This document shows positions 38,224-48,334 of a stretch of DNA of 64,000 bases, piece by piece; within the stretch, counting starts at the first letter, position 1, and each line of letters begins with the position of its first letter. The notes under the pieces were generated by a model that saw nothing but the letters and a program-made list of their open reading frames with translations, made no database searches and was not told the origin of the DNA. The position numbers and the translations under genes were made by a program. Source of the stretch: Chloroflexota bacterium (GTDB lineage Bacteria; Chloroflexota; Dehalococcoidia; UBA2979); the NCBI GenBank assembly GCA_027592645.1, contig JAQCKI010000001.1, positions 38,312 through 102,311 of the forward strand. Direction: 5' to 3'.

Positions 38224-38897
38224 TGCCTGCGATCCAGATCGCCCCCAGCATCCTGACCGCCGACTTCGGCCGGCTCGCCGAGCAGGTGCGCGAGGCGGAG
38301 GCGGGTGGCTGTGACCTCTGGCATCTGGACGTGATGGACGGGCACTTCGTCCCACCGCTGTCGTTCGGCCGCGAGGTGATCGCGGCGGTGCGGGCCGCCT
38401 CGGACGGGCGGTTCATCGAGGCGCACCTGATGGTGGAGCGCCCGGGCGAGCAGTTCGCGGACATGGCCGCGGCCGGCGCGCAGCGGCTGATCTTCCACTA
38501 CGAGGCGGCGGGCAACCTCGACCGTGCGCGTGAACACATCGGCGCGGCGCGCGCGCTCGGCTGCCAGGTGGGGCTCGCGATCAACCCGGAGACGGCCGTG
38601 CGCGACATCGCGCCGCTGCTGGCCGAACTGGACGAGGTCACCGTGATGCTGATCCGCCCCGGCTGGGGCGGCCAGGCGATGCGGCCCGATCTGCTGACGA
38701 AGGTCACGGACCTCGCCATGCGCGTGCGGGCCGAGGGCGTCGCGCTGCAGATCGAGGTCGATGGCGGCGTGAAGGCTCACAACGCGCACTCGTGCGCGGC
38801 GGCAGGTGCCACGATCCTGGTCGCCGGCTCCGCCGTCTTCAATGCGGAGCAGACGCCACAGGCCGCCCTCGCGGAGTTGCGCGGCGCGATCGGGTAA
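38223..38897 (+). CDS. rpe: Ribulose-phosphate 3-epimerase.
   Basis: IAPSILTADFGRLAEQV...LHLDVMDGHFVPPLSFG...HLMV...VDGGV. Confidence 0.85.
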   Translation: MPAIQIAPSILTADFGRLAEQVREAEAGGCDLWHLDVMDGHFVPPLSFGREVIAAVRAASDGRFIEAHLMVERPGEQFADMAAAGAQRLIFHYEAAGNLDRAREHIGAARALGCQVGLAINPETAVRDIAPLLAELDEVTVMLIRPGWGGQAMRPDLLTKVTDLAMRVRAEGVALQIEVDGGVKAHNAHSCAAAGATILVAGSAVFNAEQTPQAALAELRGAIG

Positions 38898-38929
38898 CCT
38901 TGATCGGTAGCACCCGAGGAGCCCCCCCA

Positions 38930-39358
38930 ATGCCCGAATACATCCCGAGCCCCACCGAGTGGGTCCGCAAGCAGGTCGAGCAGATCGAGGCGAGCGGCGG
39001 CAAGGAGGGGATGGAACTGCGCGGGATGCGCGTGGTGCTGGTGACGAACACCGGCGCGAAGACCGGCGCGATCCGCAAGACCCCGCTGATGCGCGTGGAG
39101 GTGGACGGCACCTACGTCCTCGTCGCCTCCAAGGGCGGCGCGCCGGAGCACCCCGTCTGGTACCACAACCTCATGGCGCACCCGGACGTGCTGGTGCGCG
39201 ACGGCGAAGTGGAACGCCGGATGCGCGTCCGCCTGGTCACCGAGCCCACCGAGCGCGCTCGGCTCTGGACCGCGGCCGTGGCGGCGTACCCACCCTACGC
39301 GGAGTACCAGACCAAGACCGACCGGCAGATCCCGGTGTTCGCCGCCGAACCGGTGTAG
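38930..39358 (+). CDS. Deazaflavin (F420)-dependent nitroreductase-family oxidoreductase (Ddn/DUF385-like).
   Basis: ...MRVVLVTNTGAKTGAIRKTPLMRVEVDGTYVLVASKGGAPEHPVWYHNLMAHPDV... has the PxWYxNL signature of the F420H2-dependent split-barrel family. Confidence 0.65.
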   Translation: MPEYIPSPTEWVRKQVEQIEASGGKEGMELRGMRVVLVTNTGAKTGAIRKTPLMRVEVDGTYVLVASKGGAPEHPVWYHNLMAHPDVLVRDGEVERRMRVRLVTEPTERARLWTAAVAAYPPYAEYQTKTDRQIPVFAAEPV

Positions 39359-39362
39359 CGCG

Positions 39363-39782
39363 CTACAGCGCCCGCATCCGGTTGTTGCGGGCGTTGTGCT
39401 CCACCTCGGCGAGGCCGAGCGCCTCCAGGACCGGCGGCACGTAGTTGCCGAAGCGGCCGCGCAGGCCCTTCTTCAGGCCGTACCAACCGCCGACGGGGTT
39501 GTTGGCGGCGCGTCCCCACGCTTCCACGGTGCCGTCCGCGGCCGGCTTCTGCTCATCGGCGTTGCCGAGCGGCACCCAGTCGCCCTGCGCACGCAGCCAC
39601 GCATGCAGATCCTCGATGCAACGCAGGTGGTAGCGCAGTTCCGTGGTGCCGACGCGGACGACCAGCGCGGGCGGGTTCGCACCCCCGTCACGGAACGCGG
39701 TATAGGTGGAGCCACCGGGCGGGGTGTTCAGTTGCCACGGATCGTCGGTGGTACCGGTGCCAGCGACATACGGCTGCGGCAT
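39363..39782 (-). CDS. Hypothetical protein.
   Basis: MPQPYVAGTGTTDDPWQLNTPPGG... no family recognised. Divergent from the WYL regulator. Confidence 0.4.
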   Translation of the reverse strand: MPQPYVAGTGTTDDPWQLNTPPGGSTYTAFRDGGANPPALVVRVGTTELRYHLRCIEDLHAWLRAQGDWVPLGNADEQKPAADGTVEAWGRAANNPVGGWYGLKKGLRGRFGNYVPPVLEALGLAEVEHNARNNRMRAL

Positions 39783-39881
39783 GTGTCCACGTCCTCTACT
39801 TCGAGTGCGAATGCCAAGGCTACCAGCGTGCCAGATCAAACCTGACATCATTCGTCATATATTCCAGCCGGAGGACAGCAA

Positions 39882-40580
39882 GTGCGCGCGACCCGGCTGG
39901 TCACGATTCTGCTCATGCTCCAGGAACGGGGCCAGGTCACCGCGGCCGAGGTGGCGCGGGCGCTGGAGGTCTCCGTGCGGACGGTCTATCGCGACATGGA
40001 GGCGCTCAGCAGCGGCGGCATCCCGATCTACGCGGAGCGCGGCGTGACCGGGGGATTCCGGCTGCTGGAGGGCTACCGACCGCACCTCGGAGGCTTCACC
40101 ACCGACGAGGTCACCGCGCTGTGGATGCTGGGAGACCCGCCGCTCGCGCGTGCCCTGGGACTGGAGTCCGCGCGTGCCTCGGCCGCGCTCAAGCTCATCG
40201 GCGCGCTCCCGGAGGCGCAGCGGGCGCAGGCACGTGCCGCCTCGGGCGGTATCCACATCACTGACGGCGACCCTCCAGCCGCCCACCACGAGTCATGGCT
40301 TCGAGGGCTTCGCCGGGCGGCTGTGGAAGGGCGGGTGGTCCGCATCGCGCTCACCCCGGGTGCAGCTGCCTCTACTGAGTTCGAGTTCGAGCCGCTGGGA
40401 CTGGTGCGCGCTGGTACGTCATGGCATGGCGTGGGCAGGCAGGCGGGATCGATTCGTAGCGTGGCGCTCGCGGACATCGCAGCAGTGAGCGCCACCGCCG
40501 GGCGCTTCCTGGTTGAGCCCTTCGACATCGCCAACTGGTGGAAGTCGCGAGCGCCCTCGGACACACGAACGCCCCGCTGA
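39882..40580 (+). CDS. HTH plus WYL-domain transcriptional regulator (YafY-like).
   Basis: N-terminal wHTH (RLVTILLMLQERGQVTAAEVARALEVSVRTVYRDMEAL) and C-terminal WYL-like region. Confidence 0.65.
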   Translation: MRATRLVTILLMLQERGQVTAAEVARALEVSVRTVYRDMEALSSGGIPIYAERGVTGGFRLLEGYRPHLGGFTTDEVTALWMLGDPPLARALGLESARASAALKLIGALPEAQRAQARAASGGIHITDGDPPAAHHESWLRGLRRAAVEGRVVRIALTPGAAASTEFEFEPLGLVRAGTSWHGVGRQAGSIRSVALADIAAVSATAGRFLVEPFDIANWWKSRAPSDTRTPR

Positions 40581-40590
40581 GCGGGGCGTT
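40568..40590. terminator. Bidirectional intrinsic terminator hairpin AACGCCCCGC-TGA-GCGGGGCGTT.
   Basis: A perfect 10-bp stem overlapping the WYL regulator stop, 32 nt downstream of the rpmB stop on the other strand. Confidence 0.5.
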
Positions 40591-40621
40591 ATGTCGTCAT
40601 CAGACGGCCGGGCGGCGGGCT

Positions 40622-40873
40622 TTACGCCTTGCTGACCATGCCCTGCGGCACGCCCTTGGCCTCCAGGCGCTTCACCTCCGTGCGGAGGCAGCGGGTGCAG
40701 ACGTTGATCCGCTTCCAGGCGCCAGCCACGAACATGCGGCGCTTCTGCACGTTCGGAGCGAACGTGCGGCTGGTGCGGGGCGCCTTGCGCTCCCAGTTAC
40801 CGGAGTGCTTGTGCCGGATGTTCCGGCCGAACACCAGGTGCTTGTCGCAGACATCGCATGCGCCAGAAGCCAT
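40622..40873 (-). CDS. rpmB: 50S ribosomal protein L28.
   Basis: MASGACDVCDKHLVFGRNIRHKHSGNWERKAPRTSRTFAPNVQKRRMF... matches the L28 pattern (C-x2-C ... G-N-x-x-S-H ... PN(L/V)Q). The 40942 start in the ORF track is over-extended. Confidence 0.7.
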   Translation of the reverse strand: MASGACDVCDKHLVFGRNIRHKHSGNWERKAPRTSRTFAPNVQKRRMFVAGAWKRINVCTRCLRTEVKRLEAKGVPQGMVSKA

Positions 40874-41007
40874 GAACGTACTCACTACACTCGTCAGGGG
40901 ATCGCGGGCGGGCGCACTCGGCGCGTCCGACCAGCCTACCAACGAGGGGCCGGTAACGTCTACGCTACGCGCAGCAACCGGGACGGGCGGCGACTGAGGG
41001 GTGTGCC

Positions 41008-42615
41008 GTGGTCCAGTATGCGCGTGTCACAGGCGATCAGGTGCTGGACGCCTTTCGCCTGGCCGAAGGCTGGCTGGCCGCCAACCGCGAAGGCATCAAC
41101 GCGATCAATGTCTACCCCGTGCCGGACGGCGATACCGGCACGAACATGCTGCTGACCTGGCGCGCCGCACTCCAGGCCGCGCCCGACGACGCCCCACACG
41201 CCGGTGACCTGCTCGCGGCTTGCTCCCGCGCCGCCCTGCTGGGCGCCCGGGGCAACTCGGGCGTGATTCTCTCCCAGATGATCCGAGGTCTCGCGGAGGC
41301 CTCCGCGGGCCAGCCGGACCTGGATGCCGCTGGCATCGTCGCCGGGCTGCTCGGCGCCTCGCAGACGGCATACGACGCCGTCAGCGCGCCCGTGGAAGGC
41401 ACGATGCTCACGGTGCTGCGCGATGCCGCCCAGGCCGCCGAGGCGTCCCTGCGCGAGGGCCACGGCATCCGCTCCGTCTTTGAGGCCGCCGTGATCGAGG
41501 CGTTCGCGAGCGTGGAGCGCACCCCGGCATTACTCCCCCGCCTCCGCGAGGCGGGCGTCGTCGACTCTGGCGGCCTGGGCGTCGCGATCATCCTCGAAGG
41601 GATGGCACGCGGACTGGCGGGCGAGCCGCTGCCCGAGGTGATCCGCGCGATCTCCGGCGCAGCGGTCGACCTCGGCGGGGTGGAGCACGAGGGGCACGGC
41701 TACTGCACCGAGTTCATCATCTTCGGCGCCAGCATCGACCGGCGCGCCCTGCAGGACGAACTCGCGACGCTCGGCGGGGACTCGATCCTCGTCGTCGGCG
41801 ACCCGGCCACGGTGCACGTCCACGTCCACATGGAGGACCCGGGGCCAGCGCTGAGCGCGGGCGTCCGGCACGGGGCGCTCTCCGCCGTGAAGATCGAGAA
41901 CATGCAGGCGCAGCACGAGGAGTGGGCGCGTGGCCGCGACGAACCTCAGGACGCGCACCTGCCGCCGCTTGGCCTTGTTGCGGTCGCCCCCGGCGAGGGC
42001 TTCGCGCGGCTGCTGGGGGAGATGGGCGCGGTGTGCATCGGCCAGGACGCCGACGCGAAGGCAAGCGCCGGGGAGTTCGTGCGCGCCGCGCGCCGTGCGG
42101 GCCGCGAGCACGTATTCCTGCTGCCAAACGACAAGGACACGCTGATGGCGGCCGAGCAGGCCGCGCGGGAGGCGCCGGGCTTCATCACCGTGCTGCCCTC
42201 GATCTCGGCGGCGGCGGGCATGGCGGCGGCGATCGCGTACTGGCCGGACGGCGACCGCGCCGAGGTCGCGGCGCGCATGACGGAGGCGATGGCGGCGGTC
42301 CGCACGGTGGAGGTCTCCCGCTCCGTCCGCGATGCCACCGTGGATGGCATCCGCGTCAGCCAGGGCGATGCGATCGCCCTGCTCGACGGGCGGCTCGTCG
42401 CGCGCGCGCAGGAACTGGAGGGCGCGCTGCTCGCCGGCCTCGGGCAGGCGGCGCGGCCGGGCGCCGAGATTGTCACGGTCTACCTCGGTGCGGAGGCACC
42501 GGAGGACGCGGCGGTGCGCATCGCGGAGCAGATCCGCGCGGCGCACCCCGGCGTGGAAGTCGAAGTGGTGCAGGGCGGGCAACCGCACTATCCGTACGTG
42601 CTCGGGGTGGAGTAG
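41008..42615 (+). CDS. DAK2-domain fusion protein YloV (dihydroxyacetone-kinase-like).
   Basis: ...INVYPVPDGDTGTNMLLT..., DAK2 phosphatase-like domain. 535 aa, GTG start. Confidence 0.8.
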   Translation: MVQYARVTGDQVLDAFRLAEGWLAANREGINAINVYPVPDGDTGTNMLLTWRAALQAAPDDAPHAGDLLAACSRAALLGARGNSGVILSQMIRGLAEASAGQPDLDAAGIVAGLLGASQTAYDAVSAPVEGTMLTVLRDAAQAAEASLREGHGIRSVFEAAVIEAFASVERTPALLPRLREAGVVDSGGLGVAIILEGMARGLAGEPLPEVIRAISGAAVDLGGVEHEGHGYCTEFIIFGASIDRRALQDELATLGGDSILVVGDPATVHVHVHMEDPGPALSAGVRHGALSAVKIENMQAQHEEWARGRDEPQDAHLPPLGLVAVAPGEGFARLLGEMGAVCIGQDADAKASAGEFVRAARRAGREHVFLLPNDKDTLMAAEQAAREAPGFITVLPSISAAAGMAAAIAYWPDGDRAEVAARMTEAMAAVRTVEVSRSVRDATVDGIRVSQGDAIALLDGRLVARAQELEGALLAGLGQAARPGAEIVTVYLGAEAPEDAAVRIAEQIRAAHPGVEVEVVQGGQPHYPYVLGVE

Positions 42616-42650
42616 CCACCGGTGGGAGGGGCCTGCGCTATGATCCGGCC

Positions 42651-43517
42651 ATGACCGTACGCATTGTCACCGACTCCACATCCGACCTGACGGCGGAGCG
42701 CGCCCGGGAACTCGGCGTCACCGTCGTACCCCTGAGCGTCCTGTTCGGCGAGGAGGCGCTGCTGGACGGCGTCGACATCACGGCCGAGCAGTTCTTCCGC
42801 CGCCTGCCCCGTGAGACGGCGATGCCCACCACCGCCCAGCCTTCGGCCGGTGCGTTCAAGATGGCCTACGAGGCGCTGATCACCGAGGGCGCCACGGCGA
42901 TCGTCTCGTGCCACCTCTCGGCGGCGCTCTCCGGCACGCTGGAGTCGGCCCGACAGGGCGCGGAGGGCCTCTCCGTCCCGGTGCTGTTCGTTGATTCGAA
43001 GCAGGTGTCGCTGGGCCTCGGTGTCGGTGTGATGGAGGCGGCACGCGCGGCGCAGGCCGGCGCCACCGCCGAGCAGGTAGCAGCCGTTGCGACGGACGTG
43101 TTCCGCCGCACGCACAGCTACATCACGCTGGACACGCTGGAGTACCTGCGGCGCGGCGGCCGGATGAGCCGTGGGCGTGAGGTGCTGGGCACGCTGCTGA
43201 ACGTGAAGCCGGTGCTGGAGATCAAGGACGGCCTGGTGGAGGCGATCGGCAAGATCCGCACCAAGCAGAAGGCGATCGAGGATCTCCTGAACCGCTGCTC
43301 GGCGCTGCGGCCGGTGCAGTACACCTTCGCGGTCCACGCGACGACGCCGGACGAACTCGCATACATCGATGACCGGATGCGCGGCCTTGCGCCGGAGGCG
43401 CCGTTCTACTCGGGCCGGATCGGTCCCGTGATCGGCGTGCACGGTGGCCCGGGCACCGTGGGCGCAGGCGTGGTCACCGCACCGGACGAGCACTCCCCCG
43501 CCTTCCTTCCGACGTGA
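42651..43517 (+). CDS. DegV family fatty-acid-binding protein.
   Basis: MTVRIVTDSTSDLTAERARELGVTVVPLSV... the classic DegV N-terminus. The 41922 start in the ORF track is a false extension. Confidence 0.85.
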   Translation: MTVRIVTDSTSDLTAERARELGVTVVPLSVLFGEEALLDGVDITAEQFFRRLPRETAMPTTAQPSAGAFKMAYEALITEGATAIVSCHLSAALSGTLESARQGAEGLSVPVLFVDSKQVSLGLGVGVMEAARAAQAGATAEQVAAVATDVFRRTHSYITLDTLEYLRRGGRMSRGREVLGTLLNVKPVLEIKDGLVEAIGKIRTKQKAIEDLLNRCSALRPVQYTFAVHATTPDELAYIDDRMRGLAPEAPFYSGRIGPVIGVHGGPGTVGAGVVTAPDEHSPAFLPT

Positions 43518-46111
43518 CCGCCGACTTCCCACGGCTGAGGCTCACCCTCGAGCGGGAGCTGGAGGCGGGTGCGCGCGACCTCACGGAGCCGGACGGCCTC
43601 GACGCGCTGTTGCGTGCGCAGGCGCGCGACGAGGCACCGGGGTCGCCGCTGCTGCGGATGATCGCGGCACTCCCCCCGACCGGGTACGGCTCGCTGGCGC
43701 CGGGCGAACGCGCGGCATGGCTGCGGCGCGCGCTTGCGACGGTGCGCCGAGAACTGGCGCTGGAGGACGAACTCCAGCCTGCCACCCTGCCCGTACGCGG
43801 CGAAGCGACGCCGCCCGCGCGTAAGCCTCCGGCAAAGCGTCGAGCACCACGCGTGGCGACCGAGCAGGAGATGCGCGACGCCGGCGAGGCACCTCGGGCG
43901 CGCCCGGCATCGAAGGCGAGCGGGGCCGGCTCGGCATCCGCGCGGAAGGTGGCGCCCGGCGCGGCCGGGCTGGATCTGCCGATCGAGCGCGCCGGGACGG
44001 GGATGCGCGGCACCAGCATCGAGAAGCTGCACCGCCTCGGGATCCGCACGGTCGGCGACGCGCTGCGGCACTACCCGTTCCGCCACCTGGACTTCGCCAG
44101 CACGATCCCGATCGCGGCGCTGCGCCCCGGCGTGGACGCCACCGTGCGCGGGCGCATCGATGTCTCACGCATCGTGCCGATGGGCCGCGGCGGACGGTTG
44201 AAGGCGACCGAGGTGTGGATCTCGGACGGCATGGCGCGCCTGAAGGCGACCTGGTTCAACCAGCCGTTCATGGCCCGCGCGCTGCCCGTGGGCGCGGAGG
44301 TCGCTCTGCTCGGCAAGGTCTCGGTGTTCCGCGGCCAGTTGGGCTTCCAGAGCCCCGAGTACGAACGGCTGGACCGCGCCGGCACGGTGACGCTGCGCCT
44401 GGTGCCGGTCTATCACCTGACGGAAGGCCTGCCGCAGCGCACGCTGCGCGGGCTGATCGAGAAGCTGCTGGAGGAGTACGGCGACCGCATCGAAGACCCG
44501 CTGCCGGCGGCGATCCGCCAGCGCCTCGGGCTGCTCGGCCTGCAGGAGGCGACCCGCCAGTGCCACTACCCGGACTCGGAGGCGCAACTGCGCGAGGCGC
44601 AGCGGCGGCTGGCGTTCGATGAACTGCTGGCGATCCAGATTGGCGTGCAGACGCGCAAGCGGGAGTGGCAGCAGAGCGGCGACGCACCCGCCGTCACCGA
44701 CCACGCGGTCGCCGAGGGCTTCCTCGGCACGCTGCCGTTCGCTCTCACCGGGGCGCAGCGTCGCGTGCTGAGCGAAGTCCGCGAGGACATCGCGCTCACC
44801 CGGCCGATGTCGCGACTACTCGAGGGTGACGTGGGGTCAGGCAAGACCGTGGTGGCGCTGGCGGCGATGCTCTCGTTCGTCGCCGCCGGCTACCAGGCGG
44901 TGCTGATGGCGCCCACCGAGGTGCTGGCAGAGCAGCACTACCGCACGCTCTGCAAGGTGCTGTCGGGCGAATCGGAGCCGCCGCTGAACGGCCTCGTCAA
45001 CGTGCCGGGAATGCCGCTGCCGGTGAAGGTGGTGATGCTCAGCGGCTCCACGCTCGCGAAGCAGCGCCGCGAGGCGGTTGCGGCGATCAAGCACGGCGGC
45101 GCGCACCTCGTGGTCGGCACGCACGCGCTGATCCAGGAGGGCGTGGACTACCACCGCCTGGGTCTCGCCGTGGTGGATGAGCAGCACCGCTTCGGCGTGA
45201 TCCAGCGTGGCCAGTTGCGCCGCAAGGGCATCGAATCCAGCGCCGCGACCGAGGCCGGCACCTCCGTCACACCGCACCTGCTGGCGATGTCCGCGACGCC
45301 GATCCCGCGCTCGCTGGCGCTGACGCTGTACGGCGACCTGGACCTCTCCGTGATCGACGAGATGCCGCCGGGCCGCACGCCGATCGCCACGCGCTACCTG
45401 ACGCCGATCCAGCGGCGCGAGGCGTTCCACCACGTCCGCCAGGAGGTCGTCGCGGGCCGGCAGGCGTTCGTGATCTGCCCGCTGGTGGAAGGCTCGGACG
45501 CCGTGCAGTCGCGCGCGGCGACGGAGGAGGTCGAACGGCTGCGCACCGAGGAGTTCCCTGACCTCGCCGACCGCATCCTGCTGCTGCACGGCCGGATGGC
45601 GGCGAAGGAGAAGGACCGCGTGATGAAGGCGTTCGCCGCGCACGAGGCGGACATCCTGGTCTCCACCGCCGTGGTGGAGGTGGGCATCGACGTGCCGAAC
45701 GCGACGGTGATGGTGATCGAAGGCGCGGATCGCTTCGGCCTGGCGCAGTTGCACCAATTCCGCGGCCGCGTCGGGCGCGGCGAGCACCCCTCGACGTGCT
45801 TCCTGCTCGCCGACGACCCCACGCCGGAGGCGGAGGAGCGGCTGTCCGTGCTCGAGCGCACCAACGATGGCTTCGCGCTGGCGGAGGCGGACCTGCAACT
45901 GCGCGGCCCCGGCGACCTGTTCGGCACCGCGCAGTCGGGCCTCGCCACGCTGCGCGTCGCCTCGCTGCTGGACACGCGCCTGATCGACTCCGCCCGCCGC
46001 GAAGCCGAGTCACTCCTCGATGCCGACCCCGACCTCGCCCTCCCCGAGCATCGCGCCCTCCGCTACGCGGTGGCAGATCGTGCCGCGGCGGTCAGCGTGG
46101 AGGTGCATTAG
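43514..46111 (+). CDS. recG: ATP-dependent DNA helicase RecG.
   Basis: Wedge/OB N-domain; helicase motifs LEGDVGSGKTVVA, DEQHRFGV, the TRG motif, and the C-terminal domain. 865 aa. Confidence 0.9.
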   Translation: MTADFPRLRLTLERELEAGARDLTEPDGLDALLRAQARDEAPGSPLLRMIAALPPTGYGSLAPGERAAWLRRALATVRRELALEDELQPATLPVRGEATPPARKPPAKRRAPRVATEQEMRDAGEAPRARPASKASGAGSASARKVAPGAAGLDLPIERAGTGMRGTSIEKLHRLGIRTVGDALRHYPFRHLDFASTIPIAALRPGVDATVRGRIDVSRIVPMGRGGRLKATEVWISDGMARLKATWFNQPFMARALPVGAEVALLGKVSVFRGQLGFQSPEYERLDRAGTVTLRLVPVYHLTEGLPQRTLRGLIEKLLEEYGDRIEDPLPAAIRQRLGLLGLQEATRQCHYPDSEAQLREAQRRLAFDELLAIQIGVQTRKREWQQSGDAPAVTDHAVAEGFLGTLPFALTGAQRRVLSEVREDIALTRPMSRLLEGDVGSGKTVVALAAMLSFVAAGYQAVLMAPTEVLAEQHYRTLCKVLSGESEPPLNGLVNVPGMPLPVKVVMLSGSTLAKQRREAVAAIKHGGAHLVVGTHALIQEGVDYHRLGLAVVDEQHRFGVIQRGQLRRKGIESSAATEAGTSVTPHLLAMSATPIPRSLALTLYGDLDLSVIDEMPPGRTPIATRYLTPIQRREAFHHVRQEVVAGRQAFVICPLVEGSDAVQSRAATEEVERLRTEEFPDLADRILLLHGRMAAKEKDRVMKAFAAHEADILVSTAVVEVGIDVPNATVMVIEGADRFGLAQLHQFRGRVGRGEHPSTCFLLADDPTPEAEERLSVLERTNDGFALAEADLQLRGPGDLFGTAQSGLATLRVASLLDTRLIDSARREAESLLDADPDLALPEHRALRYAVADRAAAVSVEVH

Positions 46112-46236
46112 GGGCGGGGCATTCGGCATGACCCCGCGGACCCCGGGCCCGCAACCTGGGTGCTTCGGCCGGGCGGCGCTCTTCAGCCGGTAGGCGGCGA
46201 CCTGACGACCTCTAGAATGATCACCGATGGGCCCGC

Positions 46237-48324
46237 GTGAACGAATGGAACTCGGAGTCGATGCCCGACACTACCTCCGTCCCCATCACAACGCGAGGCT
46301 TCAGCCTCGCTCCGTGGCAACTTGCCGCGCTTGCCGCGTGGCAGCGGGGCGATGGTCTGCTCCCCTATCGAGGGACTCTGGAAATCTTCACTGGTGGGGG
46401 AAAGACCCTTATCGCGCTAGAGGCGGCGGCGGAGGTATCGCATGGCACCCCTGAGCTGAAGATTGCCGTTGTCGTACCGACCCAGGCCCTCGCGGAGCAA
46501 TGGGCGGCGGCAATCGCGCGTCACACGAATCTTGCCTCTCGGGAGATCGGGATACTCGGCGGAGGTAAGAAGGGTTCATTCCAGAAGCATCGCGTTGTGG
46601 TCGCCGTGTTGAATACGGCCTCTAAGCGGCTACCCACGATGGCGGCGACCGCGCAGCCACTGATGTTGATCGTGGATGAGGCTCATCGAGCGGGTGCGAA
46701 GACATTCTCTGGTGTACTCCGGACGCCGGCTGCCTTTCGACTCGGCCTCTCCGCCACGCCCGACCGGGAAGAGATCGATGAAGACGGCGAGCCCATCGCG
46801 TTTGATGAACAGCTCGTCGGTCGCAGCCTTGGTCGGGTTGTCTTTCGATTCAGTTTGAAGGAAGCGCGCGAGGCTGGGTGGTTACCAGCCTTCGAAATCC
46901 ATCATCATGGCGTTCGTCTAACTGAGGACGAACGCCGTCGCTACGACGAGATTTCGCGCCGTGTGGATGACCTCGCAGACCGGCTCCGGGCGGCTGGGCT
47001 AGCACCCGAACGGGCCATGCGGATGCACCCGAACCGCGATGATCTGCTCCAGATGGTGACTGCTTATGTGGGCGCTACGTCACAACGTAAGGACTTTCTA
47101 TATCGAGCCACCGAACGCGCGCGAGTTACTACGTCGCTAGTGACCACGATAATGAGTCTGTCTGACCGACGGATACTCCTGTTCGGGGAGCGCGTCACGG
47201 AGGCTGAGTCCATAGCATCGTCGCTCCGGAAGGGGCTGGGGGACGAGCAGGTAGCTATCGAACACGCTGAGCTCAGGCCCTCGGAGCGCCGACAGGCGCT
47301 CGATGACTTCCGAGAAGGACGTAAGTCAGTGTTGGTCTCGGTGAAGGCTCTCGTGGAGGGGATCGATGTCCCTGAGGCGGATGTAGGAATAGCCGTCGCA
47401 TCATCGGCTGCCGTAAGACAGCGGATTCAGTCGTTGGGTCGTATCCTTCGTCGCCGTTTTGATGATGTCGAGAAGCATGCAGAGATGCACGTTATTTATG
47501 TCAATGACACTGTCGATGATCTGATCTACAGCAAGGAGGATTGGAGCGACCTAACTGGAGAGGGTAACAACCACTATTGGCTGTGGCCGCTCGACCCCAC
47601 CCTTCCCCCTGAGCTTCAGTCTGGGCCGCCCAGAACCCCAAAACCAACGGAGCAACAGGAGTGGGAGCGGCTACAGCGCGAGAATCACGACCTCCCCACC
47701 TTGTGGTTTGGCCTGCCGTCAGGACAAGAGTATTCCGTAGACACGCTGGGCACGGTGACTAACCAGTCCAACACTACGATCGGAAACCCCCAGGGAGTCG
47801 CCGAAATGGTGAGTTCGGTCCGAGGGAAGTCTGGCGGTCGCTTTCGAGTCACCCCCCAGTATCGAGCCGTACTGGTTCGAGCTGACGGCGGCGAGGACCT
47901 GTGGCTGGCTGGTTGGTTGAAGGAGCCCTTCACAGCCCGTGAAGAGCAACACTTGGCCGACTTCGACATCGCGCAACTGCGCCCCGGCGACCCCTATCCG
48001 GGCCCAACGGACGAGATCAACGGCAGCTTCCGGGTCAGCCAGCGCAACCGAGGCACGCTTGAGCGCGAGCTTCGAACGACCACAAGCCGTGGTAAGGAAT
48101 TTGCGACCGAAAGTGGCCAAGGATCACGGGCGACGAACGCGCGGGCTGTCCTGGACGCTTGGAGGGCATCTGGGGTTGGAAAGGGCTTGCTAGTCAGGTG
48201 CAATTCCCTGTGGGACGCCTACTATGTCGTCGGCGGGCAGCCACTCTTCCTGGCGCGTATCCCGGAAGGCCTTGCTTGGCCGTCAGAATCCGACGAGAGG
48301 GAGGAAACTCCCTCACCGCTCTAG
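46237..48324 (+). CDS. SF2 (DEAH/ResIII-type) helicase with an about 270-aa uncharacterised C-terminal domain; lower GC than the host.
   Basis: Walker A IFTGGGKT, DEAH box LIVDEAHRAG, motif III LGLSATPD, motif VI QRIQSLGRILRR. The C-terminal domain carries a GGR-x-R/Y-V/I...DGG repeat. A GGAG RBS favours a start at 46261. Confidence 0.8.
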   Translation: MNEWNSESMPDTTSVPITTRGFSLAPWQLAALAAWQRGDGLLPYRGTLEIFTGGGKTLIALEAAAEVSHGTPELKIAVVVPTQALAEQWAAAIARHTNLASREIGILGGGKKGSFQKHRVVVAVLNTASKRLPTMAATAQPLMLIVDEAHRAGAKTFSGVLRTPAAFRLGLSATPDREEIDEDGEPIAFDEQLVGRSLGRVVFRFSLKEAREAGWLPAFEIHHHGVRLTEDERRRYDEISRRVDDLADRLRAAGLAPERAMRMHPNRDDLLQMVTAYVGATSQRKDFLYRATERARVTTSLVTTIMSLSDRRILLFGERVTEAESIASSLRKGLGDEQVAIEHAELRPSERRQALDDFREGRKSVLVSVKALVEGIDVPEADVGIAVASSAAVRQRIQSLGRILRRRFDDVEKHAEMHVIYVNDTVDDLIYSKEDWSDLTGEGNNHYWLWPLDPTLPPELQSGPPRTPKPTEQQEWERLQRENHDLPTLWFGLPSGQEYSVDTLGTVTNQSNTTIGNPQGVAEMVSSVRGKSGGRFRVTPQYRAVLVRADGGEDLWLAGWLKEPFTAREEQHLADFDIAQLRPGDPYPGPTDEINGSFRVSQRNRGTLERELRTTTSRGKEFATESGQGSRATNARAVLDAWRASGVGKGLLVRCNSLWDAYYVVGGQPLFLARIPEGLAWPSESDEREETPSPL

Positions 48325-48334
48325 GACGGTTCTC

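Noticed and set aside
41922-43517. Long ORF extending DegV upstream to 41922.
   Set aside because: The extension overlaps yloV in another frame and is Arg/Gly-rich. The true DegV start is the ATG at 42651.
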